Shown: positions 43,236 to 55,054 of the stretch, piece by piece
Position numbering within the stretch: the stretch's first letter is position 1
Layout: every line of letters starts with the position of its first letter
Source of the DNA: an uncultured Nitrososphaeraceae archaeon
Lineage (GTDB): Archaea; Thermoproteota; Nitrososphaeria; Nitrososphaerales; Nitrososphaeraceae
Direction: 5' to 3'
Length of the DNA stretch: 64,000 bases
Assembly (NCBI GenBank): GCA_963779615.1
Contig: CAVZZA010000003.1
Coordinates: forward strand, 384,001-448,000
Notes under the pieces: model-generated
What the model was told of the DNA's origin: nothing
The model's input: only the letters and a program-made list of their open reading frames with translations
The model's database searches: none
Position numbers and translations under genes: made by a program

Positions 43236-45143
43236 ATGGTGACTGAACCTCTTGAGCGCTCCGTCTTGTCATACTTGCATCACGGGTTCATTGTTTTGGA
43301 TGATGATACCGATGCAGCCAGTGCAGTCAAGCAAATGCATCGTGAAAAGGCCGAAATAATCATTGTCAAGCAACAGAGGGATGGCAAGTCTGTTGGCATT
43401 GTGACTGACAGCGACCTTTTGGACAAGGTCGTGGGAAGGGGAGACGATTCTGACCGGGTGCTGCTGAGGGACATAATGTCATCCCCGGTCATCACGATTT
43501 CGGCAAAAGCAAACGCAAGACAAGCGCTTGAGCTTATGAGGCTAAACGCGATAAAGCGGATTCCAGTCACAGACAACATCAGCATCTTGGGAATCGTATC
43601 ACGGGAGGGGCTGGCCCACGCAATCCAAATATCAGTCTTGGAAAAAACATTCAGGCCCTACAGGGCCATAATAAGGGAGCACTACAAGCCAATTTGGGGC
43701 AACCTTGGATTTATCCTGCAGTTTGCGGGAGTGCTGATTATAGCACCCGGCCTGTTGGCCGCGGCATTGGGGGAGGCCGTCTCAGCCACCGGGATATTCC
43801 TTGGAATCACATTTATGTTTTTGACAGGTTTTGCGCTGAACGTCTATGGTGAGAAAACACCGCTAAACCTAAGGCAGGCATCGGTTCTCATGGTGTCAAG
43901 TTTTGTGCTGCTGAGCTTCTTTGGAAGTATTCCCTACATGTATGTCAACCCGTTCTACAAAGGCATTGACCCACTGTCCCTTTTTGTCAACAGCTTCTTT
44001 GAGAGCGCATCCGGTTTCACCACCACGGGCCTTTCCATGATTGGCCATCCCGAGAACTTGCCAAACAGCTTTGACTTTTACCGCTCCTTTACCCAATGGA
44101 TAGGCGGCCTTAGTTTCGTGTATTTGATAATCACCTTCTTTTATCCGGAGAGAAAACTGGCCCACATGAGGGGCATGATTGGGGGCGGCATCCTGAGGCT
44201 GAAACAGTTGCTTTTGACAATAAGCGTCATCTTTTCGGTTTACACCCTGACTTTGAGCCTGCTGCTGTATCTGTCCGGAAGCACCAACACCATATACAAC
44301 GTTTCGTTGGTGCTCAGCACCGTCACCGGCGGGGGCTTTCTTCCCACCTCCACATCGCTGGCTCCCGAAAACACCGTTCAGCTCCTCACCCTTATGGCAG
44401 GCATGACGATTTCAGCACTCCCCTTTGCGTTTCACTATGCCGTTTTCAGCAGGGAGCTAAAAACAACAAGGATGCGCCCCGAAATCTATGTTTACATTGG
44501 CATGATGTTTGCATCCATCCTTGTGTTTTATTTTTTCATTGCCACAACAGACACGACACCAAGGCTGATGACATCGGCATTCCATGTCGTAAGCGCCATG
44601 ACAACCTCTGGATTTCAGTTTGCGGACATACCATTGCTTCCTGCGGAGGGAAAGGTAATGCTGATAACCCTAATGCTGATTGGGGGGACAGCGTTTTCCA
44701 CAGCGGGCGGAATCAAGGTTGGGAGAATGCTCCAGATAGTCCAGAGGATGACAAGGAGAAAATTCACCGCAGACACCTCAACCAGGTCAATATCGTCCGC
44801 ATCCTCCCGGTACAACAGCTCTTTCAACACCCACGAACCCAAGACAGAAAAACTCAAGGAGGAGAAAACGTTCAACGAGGCATTAATGGTGATAGCCCTG
44901 TTTGTTGCCGTTTCCTTTGTCACGGCTGTTGTGCTGTGGCATATGGAGCAAAAGGACTTTCTGGATTCTCTGTTTGAGTCTGTATCCGCCCTGACAACCA
45001 CGGGTATCACGGCCGGGATAATTTCAATGGACATGGGCCTTGTCTCCAAGGCATTTCTTGTTGTCAACATGATAGCCGGCAGGTTTGAGATTATTGCGAT
45101 AGTGTACCTCTTTCTTGAGATCTCAAGGAGGAAAAAAAAATGA
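43236..45143 (+). CDS. trkH: CBS-pair plus TrkH-family potassium transporter fusion
   Basis: N-terminal GIVTDSDL..IMSSPVITI CBS pair; pore motifs FFESASGFTTTG, GGTAFSTAGGIK, FESVSALTTTG. Confidence 0.88.
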   Translation: MVTEPLERSVLSYLHHGFIVLDDDTDAASAVKQMHREKAEIIIVKQQRDGKSVGIVTDSDLLDKVVGRGDDSDRVLLRDIMSSPVITISAKANARQALELMRLNAIKRIPVTDNISILGIVSREGLAHAIQISVLEKTFRPYRAIIREHYKPIWGNLGFILQFAGVLIIAPGLLAAALGEAVSATGIFLGITFMFLTGFALNVYGEKTPLNLRQASVLMVSSFVLLSFFGSIPYMYVNPFYKGIDPLSLFVNSFFESASGFTTTGLSMIGHPENLPNSFDFYRSFTQWIGGLSFVYLIITFFYPERKLAHMRGMIGGGILRLKQLLLTISVIFSVYTLTLSLLLYLSGSTNTIYNVSLVLSTVTGGGFLPTSTSLAPENTVQLLTLMAGMTISALPFAFHYAVFSRELKTTRMRPEIYVYIGMMFASILVFYFFIATTDTTPRLMTSAFHVVSAMTTSGFQFADIPLLPAEGKVMLITLMLIGGTAFSTAGGIKVGRMLQIVQRMTRRKFTADTSTRSISSASSRYNSSFNTHEPKTEKLKEEKTFNEALMVIALFVAVSFVTAVVLWHMEQKDFLDSLFESVSALTTTGITAGIISMDMGLVSKAFLVVNMIAGRFEIIAIVYLFLEISRRKKK

Positions 45144-45235
45144 CCTTGCAAAAAGAATGTGTGTTGGCTTAAGCATTCAGTCTTGATTTAGGGCAAACCC
45201 GAAACTCATATTTGACATATGGGTTATATAGTGCC

Positions 45236-45589
45236 ATGTCCAAAGCAGATGTTCACCAGAAGCTGGATAGGGCAAACGAGATAACACTCAGCGTTAAAGG
45301 CAGAAAATCGGGTGGAGACATTAGCAGGCCGGTGTGGTTTGTGCATGAGAGTGGCTTTATGTATTTGCTCCCAGTTCAGGGCTCTGACACCAACTGGTAC
45401 AAGAACATGCTGGCCGACCCAACGTTGAAGGTTTCAGTGGATGGCGTTGAAACAGCTGCAATAGGCAAACCAATGACAGACCGCAATGGTGTTGACGAGG
45501 TCGTGAGAAAATTCAGGTCCAAATACGGTGAAGGGGACGTAAAAAAATACTATGCTAAACTTGATGTGGCCGTTGAATTTCCGCTATAA
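45236..45589 (+). CDS. Deazaflavin (F420)-dependent nitroreductase-like split-barrel protein
   Basis: LSVKGRKSG..PVWFV..NWYKNMLADP. Confidence 0.8.
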   Translation: MSKADVHQKLDRANEITLSVKGRKSGGDISRPVWFVHESGFMYLLPVQGSDTNWYKNMLADPTLKVSVDGVETAAIGKPMTDRNGVDEVVRKFRSKYGEGDVKKYYAKLDVAVEFPL

Positions 45590-46140
45590 CATGACTTGCC
45601 AGAGGAGGAGGAGGGTATAAGCCTAGCAGTTGCTTTACCATGCGAGTGGTCAACAATTAACTTTGCATATAGCGTATGTTTGGGAGGAAAATGTCTGTTT
45701 TTTTTAGTACGTTCAGCACCAATCTCCTTTGTCATTTCATAAAGTTCGCAACTTGGGAGGGTATGGGAGTTACTTGACAAAGACGAAGTTTCCCACATGG
45801 CATAATCAAGCATTGGGAACGATGTGGCTATGTTTTCATAGACCACACAAAAATTTAGACTGTTCATTTTTGTATCGCATGCCACCAGGCCCTTAATCAT
45901 ATGGGTTAAATAATTTTTCTCTTCAGCTAACCTTTGAAGTGACAGGAAGGCGGCATTCGGTCAAATGGGACTTGCGGTGAAACTTTAAACCAAAATGATA
46001 AACGTCAAGTCTAAGGTGTATCAATAATGCTCCAGAATGATGTGCAACCGTTATGAGAGTTGGTTAATTTTCTGTAAATTAGTGGAATTAAAAACCGTTT
46101 GATACCGGTCTTTATATAGGATGGTAACTCATACAGAGTA

Positions 46141-46788
46141 ATGTCAAAGAAAATAGAAACAAATGAAAGTTACTCACATAACACCAATAACCAAAATAAC
46201 AATTTTAACAACAATACCAATGACTTCAAAGAGTCAGTCAACAGGTCACTTGACGAGGCAAAGGACAACATCAAAAAATCCATAGACGAGTCAAAGAACC
46301 AGATTCCCCGAATCAACAACATCGTTAACAGCTACCAGGAGCAATCACTCCAAACCGCAAAAGAGGTTTCAGAGGAGTACATCGACTCACAAAAGGAAAT
46401 CATCAGCTCACTCCAATCAGCATGGGCACCATACAGCGAAAGCTTTAATGGTATGGTTACCTGCTTTGCCGCCCCTGACGCAGCAACCAAGGCATACGCA
46501 AGATTTGTCAGCAATGTCGCAGACAACACAGTGTCAGCAATCAGACTCACAAACAACATGATATTCTCAAACCTGGACTCATGGAAAACAGTGATGCAAC
46601 AGGCAAAGGACAACTCAAAGCACCTGTCAAACATGGGCGTAAACACGGCAAAAACATTTGAGCAAAACTCAAGACACCTGACAGCGGCAGCCAAAGACGC
46701 GGCAGCAGCAAACTCTAGCGTCAGTGTGTCCACACCTGCATCATCCACAGACTACAGCAGCACAACAACAACAACAAAAAAGCAATAA
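46141..46788 (+). CDS. Hypothetical alpha-helical protein (possibly phasin/LEA-like)
   Basis: 215-aa ORF; TTTATATA about 25 bp upstream; hairpin and T-run downstream. Confidence 0.75.
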   Translation: MSKKIETNESYSHNTNNQNNNFNNNTNDFKESVNRSLDEAKDNIKKSIDESKNQIPRINNIVNSYQEQSLQTAKEVSEEYIDSQKEIISSLQSAWAPYSESFNGMVTCFAAPDAATKAYARFVSNVADNTVSAIRLTNNMIFSNLDSWKTVMQQAKDNSKHLSNMGVNTAKTFEQNSRHLTAAAKDAAAANSSVSVSTPASSTDYSSTTTTTKKQ

Positions 46789-47429
46789 CAAAACAATCAG
46801 AACCTCTAAAGGGTTCAGCCAATTTTTTATTCCATTTGCAGTAGTTTAACGGACTGGTGTAAAAGGAAACCCCACTTCTTTAATGAATTCCATAAACAAG
46901 TATGTTTTACCATTGCCTGAAGGACCAAAAGAAAACACCAAAGTCCTATGAGTACAAGTTAAAGTCCGTCATCAAGAAAAAACTATCCAAGCTAATGGAC
47001 ATGGAACTTCCACTGGCATCATCCCTATTCCCCAACCTTAATCTTTACCCTGCCAAAAACAGTCAAGCAACTCGCCTCCTCAATGTGATAGACGTCTGTT
47101 CAAATCCCGCACTTCACTCTCTTTCTGTTGTTCTCATTTTGTTTTTTGATGAAAAACAAACCAACCACCCTCGGAAAGAAAAAGTTGCTGAAAACCTGGT
47201 GCATAAGTCTCCCTTTTTAAACGAAAAGTTGGCATGGCAAATGTTTACGGCAGTTTCTTGCACCAAATCACAACTGCAATCTTATTTTGTGTTTATTGTC
47301 CTGCAAAAAGTAGAATTACACTTACACTAAACACGGTATAGGAAATGTTTTCGCATTCCCCTAAATCTGACAATACAATGTATAGCCACCCTTGACAAAC
47401 AACAACCCTTGGCAGCATCTTTAAATGTC

Positions 47430-47790
47430 TTGCCTGCCGACTCCTTTCCAAAATCATCGCATCGTATTCGCCTATCTTTTTGTTAGTTCGTCCACATCCA
47501 TTTTAAGGTTGGACCTGAAGAAGTTTAGCCTGCCGCTATCGCTGGCAGTCTCAAGGAGGGTTTGGTCCAGGTTCCAAAGTTCCACTGCTGCCCCTATAAT
47601 CCTGTGAATGTCCTTTTTGGCGTAAGGCCTTCCCATTTTAACTGGTTGTAAAGGTAGTAGAGAAAATAAACGCCATTATTCCCCAACTCCTTGTACATGG
47701 TTGTCAGTCGGTCCAATGACAAAAGCCGCTGGTAGTCCTCATAGATGTAAAACACCTGATCTGCATCTATGCCCAGAGCCTTTTCATTTC
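47430..47790 (-). pseudogene. Fragment of the HTH/coiled-coil family (40560-41114)
   Basis: ALGIDADQVFYIYEDYQRLLSLDRLTTMYKELGN aligns with ALNIDTDEVLGMYSDYLRLLNLQKLIVIYNEIGN. Confidence 0.75.
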
Positions 47791-48535
47791 ATCAAAAACT
47801 CTAGAGAAACATATAGGTCTAGTTAATTTTTAGGGACAGCATGTAATCATTTCCAAGAAAACGACTTTATCAAATATTGCCTAGTCAAAATGTTCTACCA
47901 AGGGACAAAATCTGTTGTGTTTCTACAATAGTGATGTTATTTTCATCAAGTCAGCCAGCCCAGAATTAGATGTTAGAATATTTCTTGACGAACATTAATT
48001 GGTTGTTTTCAATTTTATTGGGTTTTTCAGAAATAATAAAATTTTTTATCTGAAATAGAGAAAATGCCGTAATAGTTTTGAGACAACCATACAAAAACCA
48101 ATAGTGATCATAATGATTAAAATTGGATGCTTGAAAATAATGGCGATGTCATGATAAAAAGGGTTTTGCGATTAATCTATTTAAAGACATTAGGCATATT
48201 CGCAAATCTTGTATTGCTTTTAATAAGTAATTTGATGTTGCAAAACAATTTGATAGATTGCAATCCAAAATTGTATCTCATGATTGCAGACGTAATCAAT
48301 TAGGAATTCAGAACAAACCACTTCTGTCCCCACTTGAATGTAATAATCTCAATAGATAAGACAATTTATTACTGAATGAAATTTACAGACGAAAATTCAC
48401 TGATACCGACGTTTTGAATCATCTGCCCTGCTGTTTTAATGTGTTTTATGCCAGATTGACATGAAGAATTTAATGTTGTGAATATTTTACGTTTATTTAT
48501 ATTAGTTTAAATATATTCAAGATTTATTGAATTGT

Positions 48536-49162
48536 ATGAAAATAACTACTAAAGATATCCTATTAATTGCAATATTAGCAACGCTGATTACCATTACACC
48601 TTCAATTATATCCAGTAACACTTACCTGGTACATGGCACAACCGAAACCCCTACAACCCCCCCCTCGACTGCCAGCTCGGGAACGACTGACACTTCAGGA
48701 ATACCCCGTGTGACAGGAGAGTCGATCAAAAAACCATCTGATTTCATCCCTGAACCCATTGAGCGACCATCCTCATTCGTGGACCCTGAACATCTTGGAG
48801 ATGCAATCCTACCCAACTATCCAGGTGATTCTGAAGAACCTGAAGAACTGGATGTAGCCATTACTTCGCCGCAAGACGGTGAAACTGTTGATGCTGGAAC
48901 TTTGACTATTACTGGAACATCCACAGATACCTCAAATACTGATTGTCAGGTTTATGCAAACTGGAATGAGGAGCCCTATCAAACAGTGACTCCACAGAGT
49001 CAAGGTGATTATTCAACATGGACATTTTCATATACTAGCGCATACCATCTCATAACGCCGGGAGACACTAATGAATTAACTGTAGAGTTATCTTGTGGTA
49101 GTAGTGAAGATTTGGATGATTCGGATTCTACATCCGATAGTATAGATGTCATAGGACAGTAA
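48536..49162 (+). CDS. Secreted protein with Ig-like domain
   Basis: Signal peptide; VAITSPQDGETV..LTITGTSTD; DYSTWTF. Confidence 0.8.
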   Translation: MKITTKDILLIAILATLITITPSIISSNTYLVHGTTETPTTPPSTASSGTTDTSGIPRVTGESIKKPSDFIPEPIERPSSFVDPEHLGDAILPNYPGDSEEPEELDVAITSPQDGETVDAGTLTITGTSTDTSNTDCQVYANWNEEPYQTVTPQSQGDYSTWTFSYTSAYHLITPGDTNELTVELSCGSSEDLDDSDSTSDSIDVIGQ

Positions 49163-49573
49163 TGTTGGTGGGTAGTAGTTGCAGTAAGTAGCAACTAAAA
49201 CAATGTTTTAATTATTTAACACATATGTGTAAACATGTTGTAATACTATACCATGTTTTAATATAAAAGCAAAAGTTTTTTCAGTTTTTGTATTTGTATA
49301 TAATAATTTATAACAGGATTTAATCTCGTTGAAAATATTTTTTGTCATCTGATGAATATACAGTTTCACAGTTACCCTATCATCACAATGAATTTTATCT
49401 TCCTAAGGACATTCAGACATAGCAGCATTGTATTTCAAATCAACGCATATTTGATTGGATTAGCCAGACTTTCAATAGGAACTCTTGATTTTTTGTGATG
49501 GTTGTTTTAGTAATGGGTGATAATGAGTCCATATTGGAATAATCTTTAAATCAGGACATATCGATACAAATTC

Positions 49574-50044
49574 ATGTCAAATAGTGACAATTCCACAATA
49601 GCCAACACAGAGGAAACATCACCTTCTAGTAGAGATGAGATAATCAAGGGACTGAATGAAGATCTGGCAAGAGAATATAAAGCGATTATTCAGTATGTTG
49701 TCTTTAGCTCAACATTGAAAGGTGCAGAATATGGAAACATTGCAGAACAGCTGCAAAAACATGCATCGGATGAACTGGCACATGCCCTAAAGGTGGCCAA
49801 ACAGATAGATTATTTGGGAGGAGAGCCTACAATGAAGGGTAAAGAGGCTGAATATTCAGATGATTCAAAGACAATGCTTGAGATTGACCTTAGAGCTGAA
49901 CAAGAAACGATCAAAAACTATAGAGAAAGAATCCATCAGGCTGAACGCTCAGGTGAATTTGCGCTATCGGAGATATTGAGAAGCATTATCGTACAAGAGC
50001 AAGATCACGAGATAGATTTAAAAGATGCCCTTGGATTACGGTGA
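49574..50044 (+). CDS. Ferritin-like / bacterioferritin-type protein
   Basis: LAREYKAIIQY..DELAHA..AEQETI..QEQDH diiron ligands. Confidence 0.9.
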   Translation: MSNSDNSTIANTEETSPSSRDEIIKGLNEDLAREYKAIIQYVVFSSTLKGAEYGNIAEQLQKHASDELAHALKVAKQIDYLGGEPTMKGKEAEYSDDSKTMLEIDLRAEQETIKNYRERIHQAERSGEFALSEILRSIIVQEQDHEIDLKDALGLR

Positions 50045-50958
50045 TTATATATTCAATTATATATCAACGTATTCATAAAACAAACATAATGTGGGCTCCC
50101 AATGGTGAGTATGATGTTTCTATTGACGATAGCACAATAGCGTTGTACAAATTTATTGTTTATGGTTTGTAGTTATATTTTCTCGGTTTGTCATTTAGAA
50201 ATGCTGCAAAGGTATATGCATATTTTGCAAACAGTAAAGAGATTGCCATGTGAAAATTGTTTATATCGGGTAATTCAAATTATATTTTTTTTTAAATCAT
50301 TTTAGATCCATTCATCTAGTAACCGTTTTAATCAGGCCAAGTTTCCCTGTTCCACAATTTCATTATTGCATGAACAGATAGTTTTCAATTTTTGTATAGA
50401 GTGATGATTACCTTTTTGAAAGTTGTCGCGCAATAGTTGTGATTGTGACGTTATGAATGAGATGTATCCCAAATATTAAAATTTAATCCATGTCAGAATC
50501 AAAATAACAATTGTAATCTATTTCAATATTGTTTTTATATTTGTATATTAAGATTTCGCATGAAATGTATTGATTAGGATAACAGGAACAAAATCCTCTT
50601 CCATTTTTTGTGCGTTTTACCTGCTCATTCAATCCTGCAAGTTCAAACATGACTTTAATCTGTAACAACATATTGTTTTTCATTCCAAAAGCGACATATT
50701 TGGAACAAACTGAATGTTACTTCCACACTAGAACCATTCATTATTTCCAAACTGTAAAAATCACATAATTGAGCAGAGGCATGAGAGAAATAATATTGGG
50801 TTAAATCATGGACGAATTTTTAGATTAATCCAAAGACTATCCAAATTTATGTCAAATCCAATTATCAGTCCTCTTCACTATATAAAAGCATTACATCTAT
50901 TGATATGTTATACAATGTTTATTCAAATCCTTGATATAGGTAACAACATAGGTAATCT

Positions 50959-52443
50959 CTAGGCAAACACCAACACAACAAACAGGTAATAGACGGCAAT
51001 GTTCACTGCCGTCACTATTGCTCCAATTTTAAGAAATTCAAAAAATGAGAAGGCCTTTAGGCCTTTGGATTCTGCCGCCTCTATGATTATTATGTTGCTT
51101 GCGGCTGCCAATATTGTAAGATTTCCGGCAATGGTGCTAGCGGCAGCAAGCATCATCCATTGGTTGACATGTCCACCCTCGCTGCCAATTGGGGCACCTG
51201 CAAATCCATTGCTTATCATTATGTGGCTATAAAAGACAACAAAAGGGACATTACTCAAGACCTGGCTTAGTGCTATGCTGATAACCGATATCACTGCATT
51301 ACTTTGAAACATGTCGTGTTTATCTGGAGTGGGGAAATACGATACCATTTGGGAAATGATGCCGGAGGACCATAGCGCAGAGGTAAATACAAACATTGAA
51401 GCAAAAAATACGAGAACGCGATAGTTTACACTTGACAGTATCTCTTTGCGCTCTTTGCTAAGAGCATACAAAGTAGTGGCGCCCAGCATCGCAATAATGC
51501 TCAGGCTGAAATTAACGGAAAAGTGAAAAGCAAATTGCACTGTCTCAGATAAGACAAATCCAGAAATGGTTAAAAGCAAAACAGCAATTGAAGTTTTTGC
51601 CAAAAGTGGGTTTACAATTGCATCATCATCATCATCTTTTTCTGCTGCTGATGATTCTGCTTTGTGGTGACTGGGAAACGGAATCGGCTCATGCTTAGAA
51701 AAATAACTGTGCCGAATCTTTAGGTTATTTCTCTTTGGAGTGTGAGAATTCTGCCGCTTTTGCAGTTGCTGCTGCTGCTGTTCTTGCTTTCGATTTATTT
51801 GGTTTGGTAGTAACGCAGGTGACAATACCAAATCCCTTTTAAAATAGGTTTTTAGTATAAAAAAAGTTGCAAACAGGTTAACTACAGTTGGAATGCCAAG
51901 CACCTTGACAAATGTCAAAAATGGCAATGGAATGCCGCTTTGAAGTGCAATCAAAAGGTTTTGGGGGTTTCCTAAAGGGGTCATTGTGCTTCCTATGGTT
52001 ATTCCAAAGGACAGAGCGATAAGGAATACCTGCGGCCTAATTCCAATTTGCCATGAGATATGCGCAATAATGGGGATTGCCATTACAGCTATAGTGTCAT
52101 TTACCAAAAATGCTGAAAGCAATCCCATGCCAACAACAAAAACCATCAGTACCAAGTCCGGATGGCTGTTTGTCTTTGACAACATCTTTAACGCCACCAT
52201 CTTAAGTACTCCCGACATGTCCAGCGCAGAAACAATGCTGAACATCCCAAAAAGAAATCCCATCACATCCAGGTTGATTGATTTAAATGCAGATTCTATG
52301 CTAATGACCTGAAAGCCAACCATAAGTGCGGCACCTGTCAGCATTGAGGCCCATATTGGAACTTTAAATTTGCCTCTTCCGAATATGATGAGAAAATATA
52401 CTGCAGCAAAAATGACTATTGCAATATAGGGGTGTTGCACCAT
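50959..52443 (-). CDS. ArsB/NhaD (SLC13/CitMHS-like) anion permease
   Basis: SAFLVND..GSTMTPLGNPQN..SQVLSNVP..STIAGNLTILAAASN. Confidence 0.9.
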   Translation of the reverse strand: MVQHPYIAIVIFAAVYFLIIFGRGKFKVPIWASMLTGAALMVGFQVISIESAFKSINLDVMGFLFGMFSIVSALDMSGVLKMVALKMLSKTNSHPDLVLMVFVVGMGLLSAFLVNDTIAVMAIPIIAHISWQIGIRPQVFLIALSFGITIGSTMTPLGNPQNLLIALQSGIPLPFLTFVKVLGIPTVVNLFATFFILKTYFKRDLVLSPALLPNQINRKQEQQQQQLQKRQNSHTPKRNNLKIRHSYFSKHEPIPFPSHHKAESSAAEKDDDDDAIVNPLLAKTSIAVLLLTISGFVLSETVQFAFHFSVNFSLSIIAMLGATTLYALSKERKEILSSVNYRVLVFFASMFVFTSALWSSGIISQMVSYFPTPDKHDMFQSNAVISVISIALSQVLSNVPFVVFYSHIMISNGFAGAPIGSEGGHVNQWMMLAAASTIAGNLTILAAASNIIIIEAAESKGLKAFSFFEFLKIGAIVTAVNIAVYYLFVVLVFA

Positions 52444-52998
52444 GGTTTGGTGACGGCCATCTTTAATTTTATTTCTTGTTTGAAAAAAATGAGAATCATC
52501 AAGTTTAGAAAAAAATTGGAATTGCAGGATAACCCCTATTCTAACAAATGGAAATGAGAATCAAATAGGATTTTTTATAATAGCATTAGAGACAAAATCC
52601 CTTGATTCTATTGTTAAAAAAGGATAAGGTGAGAAGCACTTTATATCTATCTCCTCATCAATCCTGTAAATAATGATAACAAAGGTTTTAGGAAAAAAAT
52701 CCTCATACTAGAGAAAAATGTAAAATTGATTAAAAAATACCAGCACGATAGACAAAAGGTTAAAATGCCATTTTGGGACCCTACTAAATTTAACAATATG
52801 TTTATGGATCTATGCATATGATATTTTTTGTAAATTATAACATGCTTGATTTTGATATCTGCACTTGCGATCATAACAATGTGTTTAGAGATACAGAAGC
52901 AGTGAGAATGAGTATACTACCGGTAAAACTTTAATAATACACACATAAAACAAAACTAAAAGATTTTATTAAAAAGTTACATGTCATTTTTGCCGCAT

Positions 52999-53012
52999 AC
53001 CCCACCGTCCAT
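52999..53012 (+). repeat. Degenerate second att-like copy
   Basis: ACCCCACCGTCCAT in the same TTTTGCCGCAT... context as attR. Confidence 0.7.
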
Positions 53013-53244
53013 GCTCATAATGGTTCTTTTATTTGGATTCTGCAAACATAAGGTGTGTAAAAAGGTGATGATAGAGCAAAATGAGAATAAGGAACCAGGT
53101 TTATGTTCGCGGTATTTATTTGAGATAAAGTCGCCGGTGACAGGGAAAAGTACAGGAAAAGGTAGATATGACGATTTTATTACTCCAAGAAAAAAGGGAT
53201 AAAAATCGGTTTTTTTGTCACTTTTCCTTATTTGTTCGTCATCA

Positions 53245-54014
53245 CTATCCTATGATTACCGTGGTTATGGTGTTTGTAACAGTGCATTTTTGAGTTCCGC
53301 CTGCTGCTATGGTGCCATTGACTAAAACTCCATCAGGGCCAGAAGTAAAACTTACAAAGTCACAACCACCGCTAAACAATACTGCAAAGCCAGTAACAAA
53401 CTGAGGCACAAATTCTGCAAAGGTATAAGTTCCTGGAGCTACTGTGATGGCGGTACATCCCTCATTAGCACCTTGGAAGGTGTTGGGGTTTGCAGAAGTA
53501 CTGAAAGTAAATGTAAAGTCTGAAGGCCGAAAAGTTGCTCCTGGTGCCTGATTATTAACCGTTTTACAAATGTTCAATGTTGCTGTTGTTGGTATTGGTC
53601 GTTGGGTTGGTCGTTGGGTTGGTCGTTGGGTTGGTCGTTGGGTTGGTCGTTGGGTTGGTCGTTGGGTTGGTCGTTGGGTTGGTCGTTGGGTTGGTCGTTG
53701 GGTTGGGGTTGCGGTTGCAGCCTGTTGAACATTGAGGCTCTGGTCATTGAAGCCTGAAGCCTATTGTCCTTGCCCACTACCCGTTGGCCTTCATTGGCCT
53801 GTTGGCAATTGTCGCCTCTGTAACAGAAGTTGTCCTGGTTCAGTCCTTGTTTTGCGCTCTTTTTGTCCGATTCGGTGCTTGCCTTTATAGAAGATCTAGA
53901 TTCCCTGTTATTTTTGTCCTCCACAGCATAAGACTGCATTGGGATAACGCCTGTCCCGAGAATCAGTGTTGTTGTGATTATGGCTACTAACAAAATGTTC
54001 TTTGTGTTGTTCAT
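53245..54014 (-). pseudogene. Secreted protein (paralog of 41811-42525), frameshifted near 53757
   Basis: Shared QDNFCYR..C and NICKTV..EGCTA.TVAPGTYTF motifs. Confidence 0.75.
53595..53702. repeat. 12-bp tandem repeat x9 (TQRP linker in the frame joining the C-terminal domain)
   Basis: TTGGTCGTTGGG head-to-tail. Confidence 0.95.
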
Positions 54015-54426
54015 GGATAAAATCCAGTTACAGTTTTAGTTCTATCTGGAGTAGGATTTTTGGCACCTGAAGTCTTATTTGTATTTGTTATCCTGAAAAG
54101 AGATGCATAATCCTAATACTATAAATATAGAGATGAATGTTAAGCATAACTTTACCTTATAGTAAGTGTATTTTTTATACATACTTTCAATATCAATAAT
54201 GAATACTATAATGACTTGCATAGTTTTATACTTGTGAAAAAAAAGGATATTGTATTTTTATAAATTGAAAACTATATCCTTAACAGTCCCAATAGGGTTA
54301 GAATCTACTTTAAAGGACCGATATCGGTACCAAGTCCATCAGGCCCATTGTTCATAGGGTATCTAATAATCAGTTATGGATAAAACAGAAGGAGAATGAT
54401 AAGATTGATTATAATCACATTTCTGG

Positions 54427-54921
54427 TTACACTATTCTATTTAGCCTTCCTGTCTGGGTATCATAAATGCATCCATACACTGGAATATGCTTTGGAATGA
54501 ACGGATTTGTCTTTATCTTTTCAACCTGCGCCCTTACATTTTCTTCCAGGTTAGCAAATGTATAAAATTGCAATTCACCAGGGTCCTTGTGGTACTTTTG
54601 TTTGATGTTGTTACGGATATGTTCATCTGAAAATTTTTGCATTCCACAGTCAGTATGGTTTATGATGATAAATTCTTCAGTTCCTAAAAGCTCGTGTGAT
54701 ACAATGAGAGAGCGTATTGCGTCCTCTGTTGCTATACCCCCTGCATTTCTTATAATGTTTGCTTCCCCTATGTTTAATCCAAGCATATCCTCTATCAACA
54801 ATCTGGCATCCATACATGCCAATACTGCAATTTTTTTTGAAGGCATTGGTTTTAAATGCGAATACCTATAATCCTTAACGTATTTTTCATTTGAGTTAAA
54901 TACATCCTGTATTTGGCTCAT
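54427..54921 (-). CDS. Beta-class carbonic anhydrase
   Basis: ACMDAR, RNAGG and HTDCG zinc ligands. Confidence 0.93.
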   Translation of the reverse strand: MSQIQDVFNSNEKYVKDYRYSHLKPMPSKKIAVLACMDARLLIEDMLGLNIGEANIIRNAGGIATEDAIRSLIVSHELLGTEEFIIINHTDCGMQKFSDEHIRNNIKQKYHKDPGELQFYTFANLEENVRAQVEKIKTNPFIPKHIPVYGCIYDTQTGRLNRIV

Positions 54922-55054
54922 GTTTTATGATTTATGGAATTGGTCTTTAATAATTTAATTTAATATTAAACTTATACATGACAATTACAAAACATCAAGT
55001 ATTTGGAATTATTGTATCATAGCAAATCTATAAATAAAATGTGGCTAAATTATT

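Noticed and set aside
53574..53760. PNDQ-repeat protein as given in the ORF track
   Set aside because: Comparison with the paralog indicates the shifted frame (TQRP linker joined to NICKTV) is the ancestral one.
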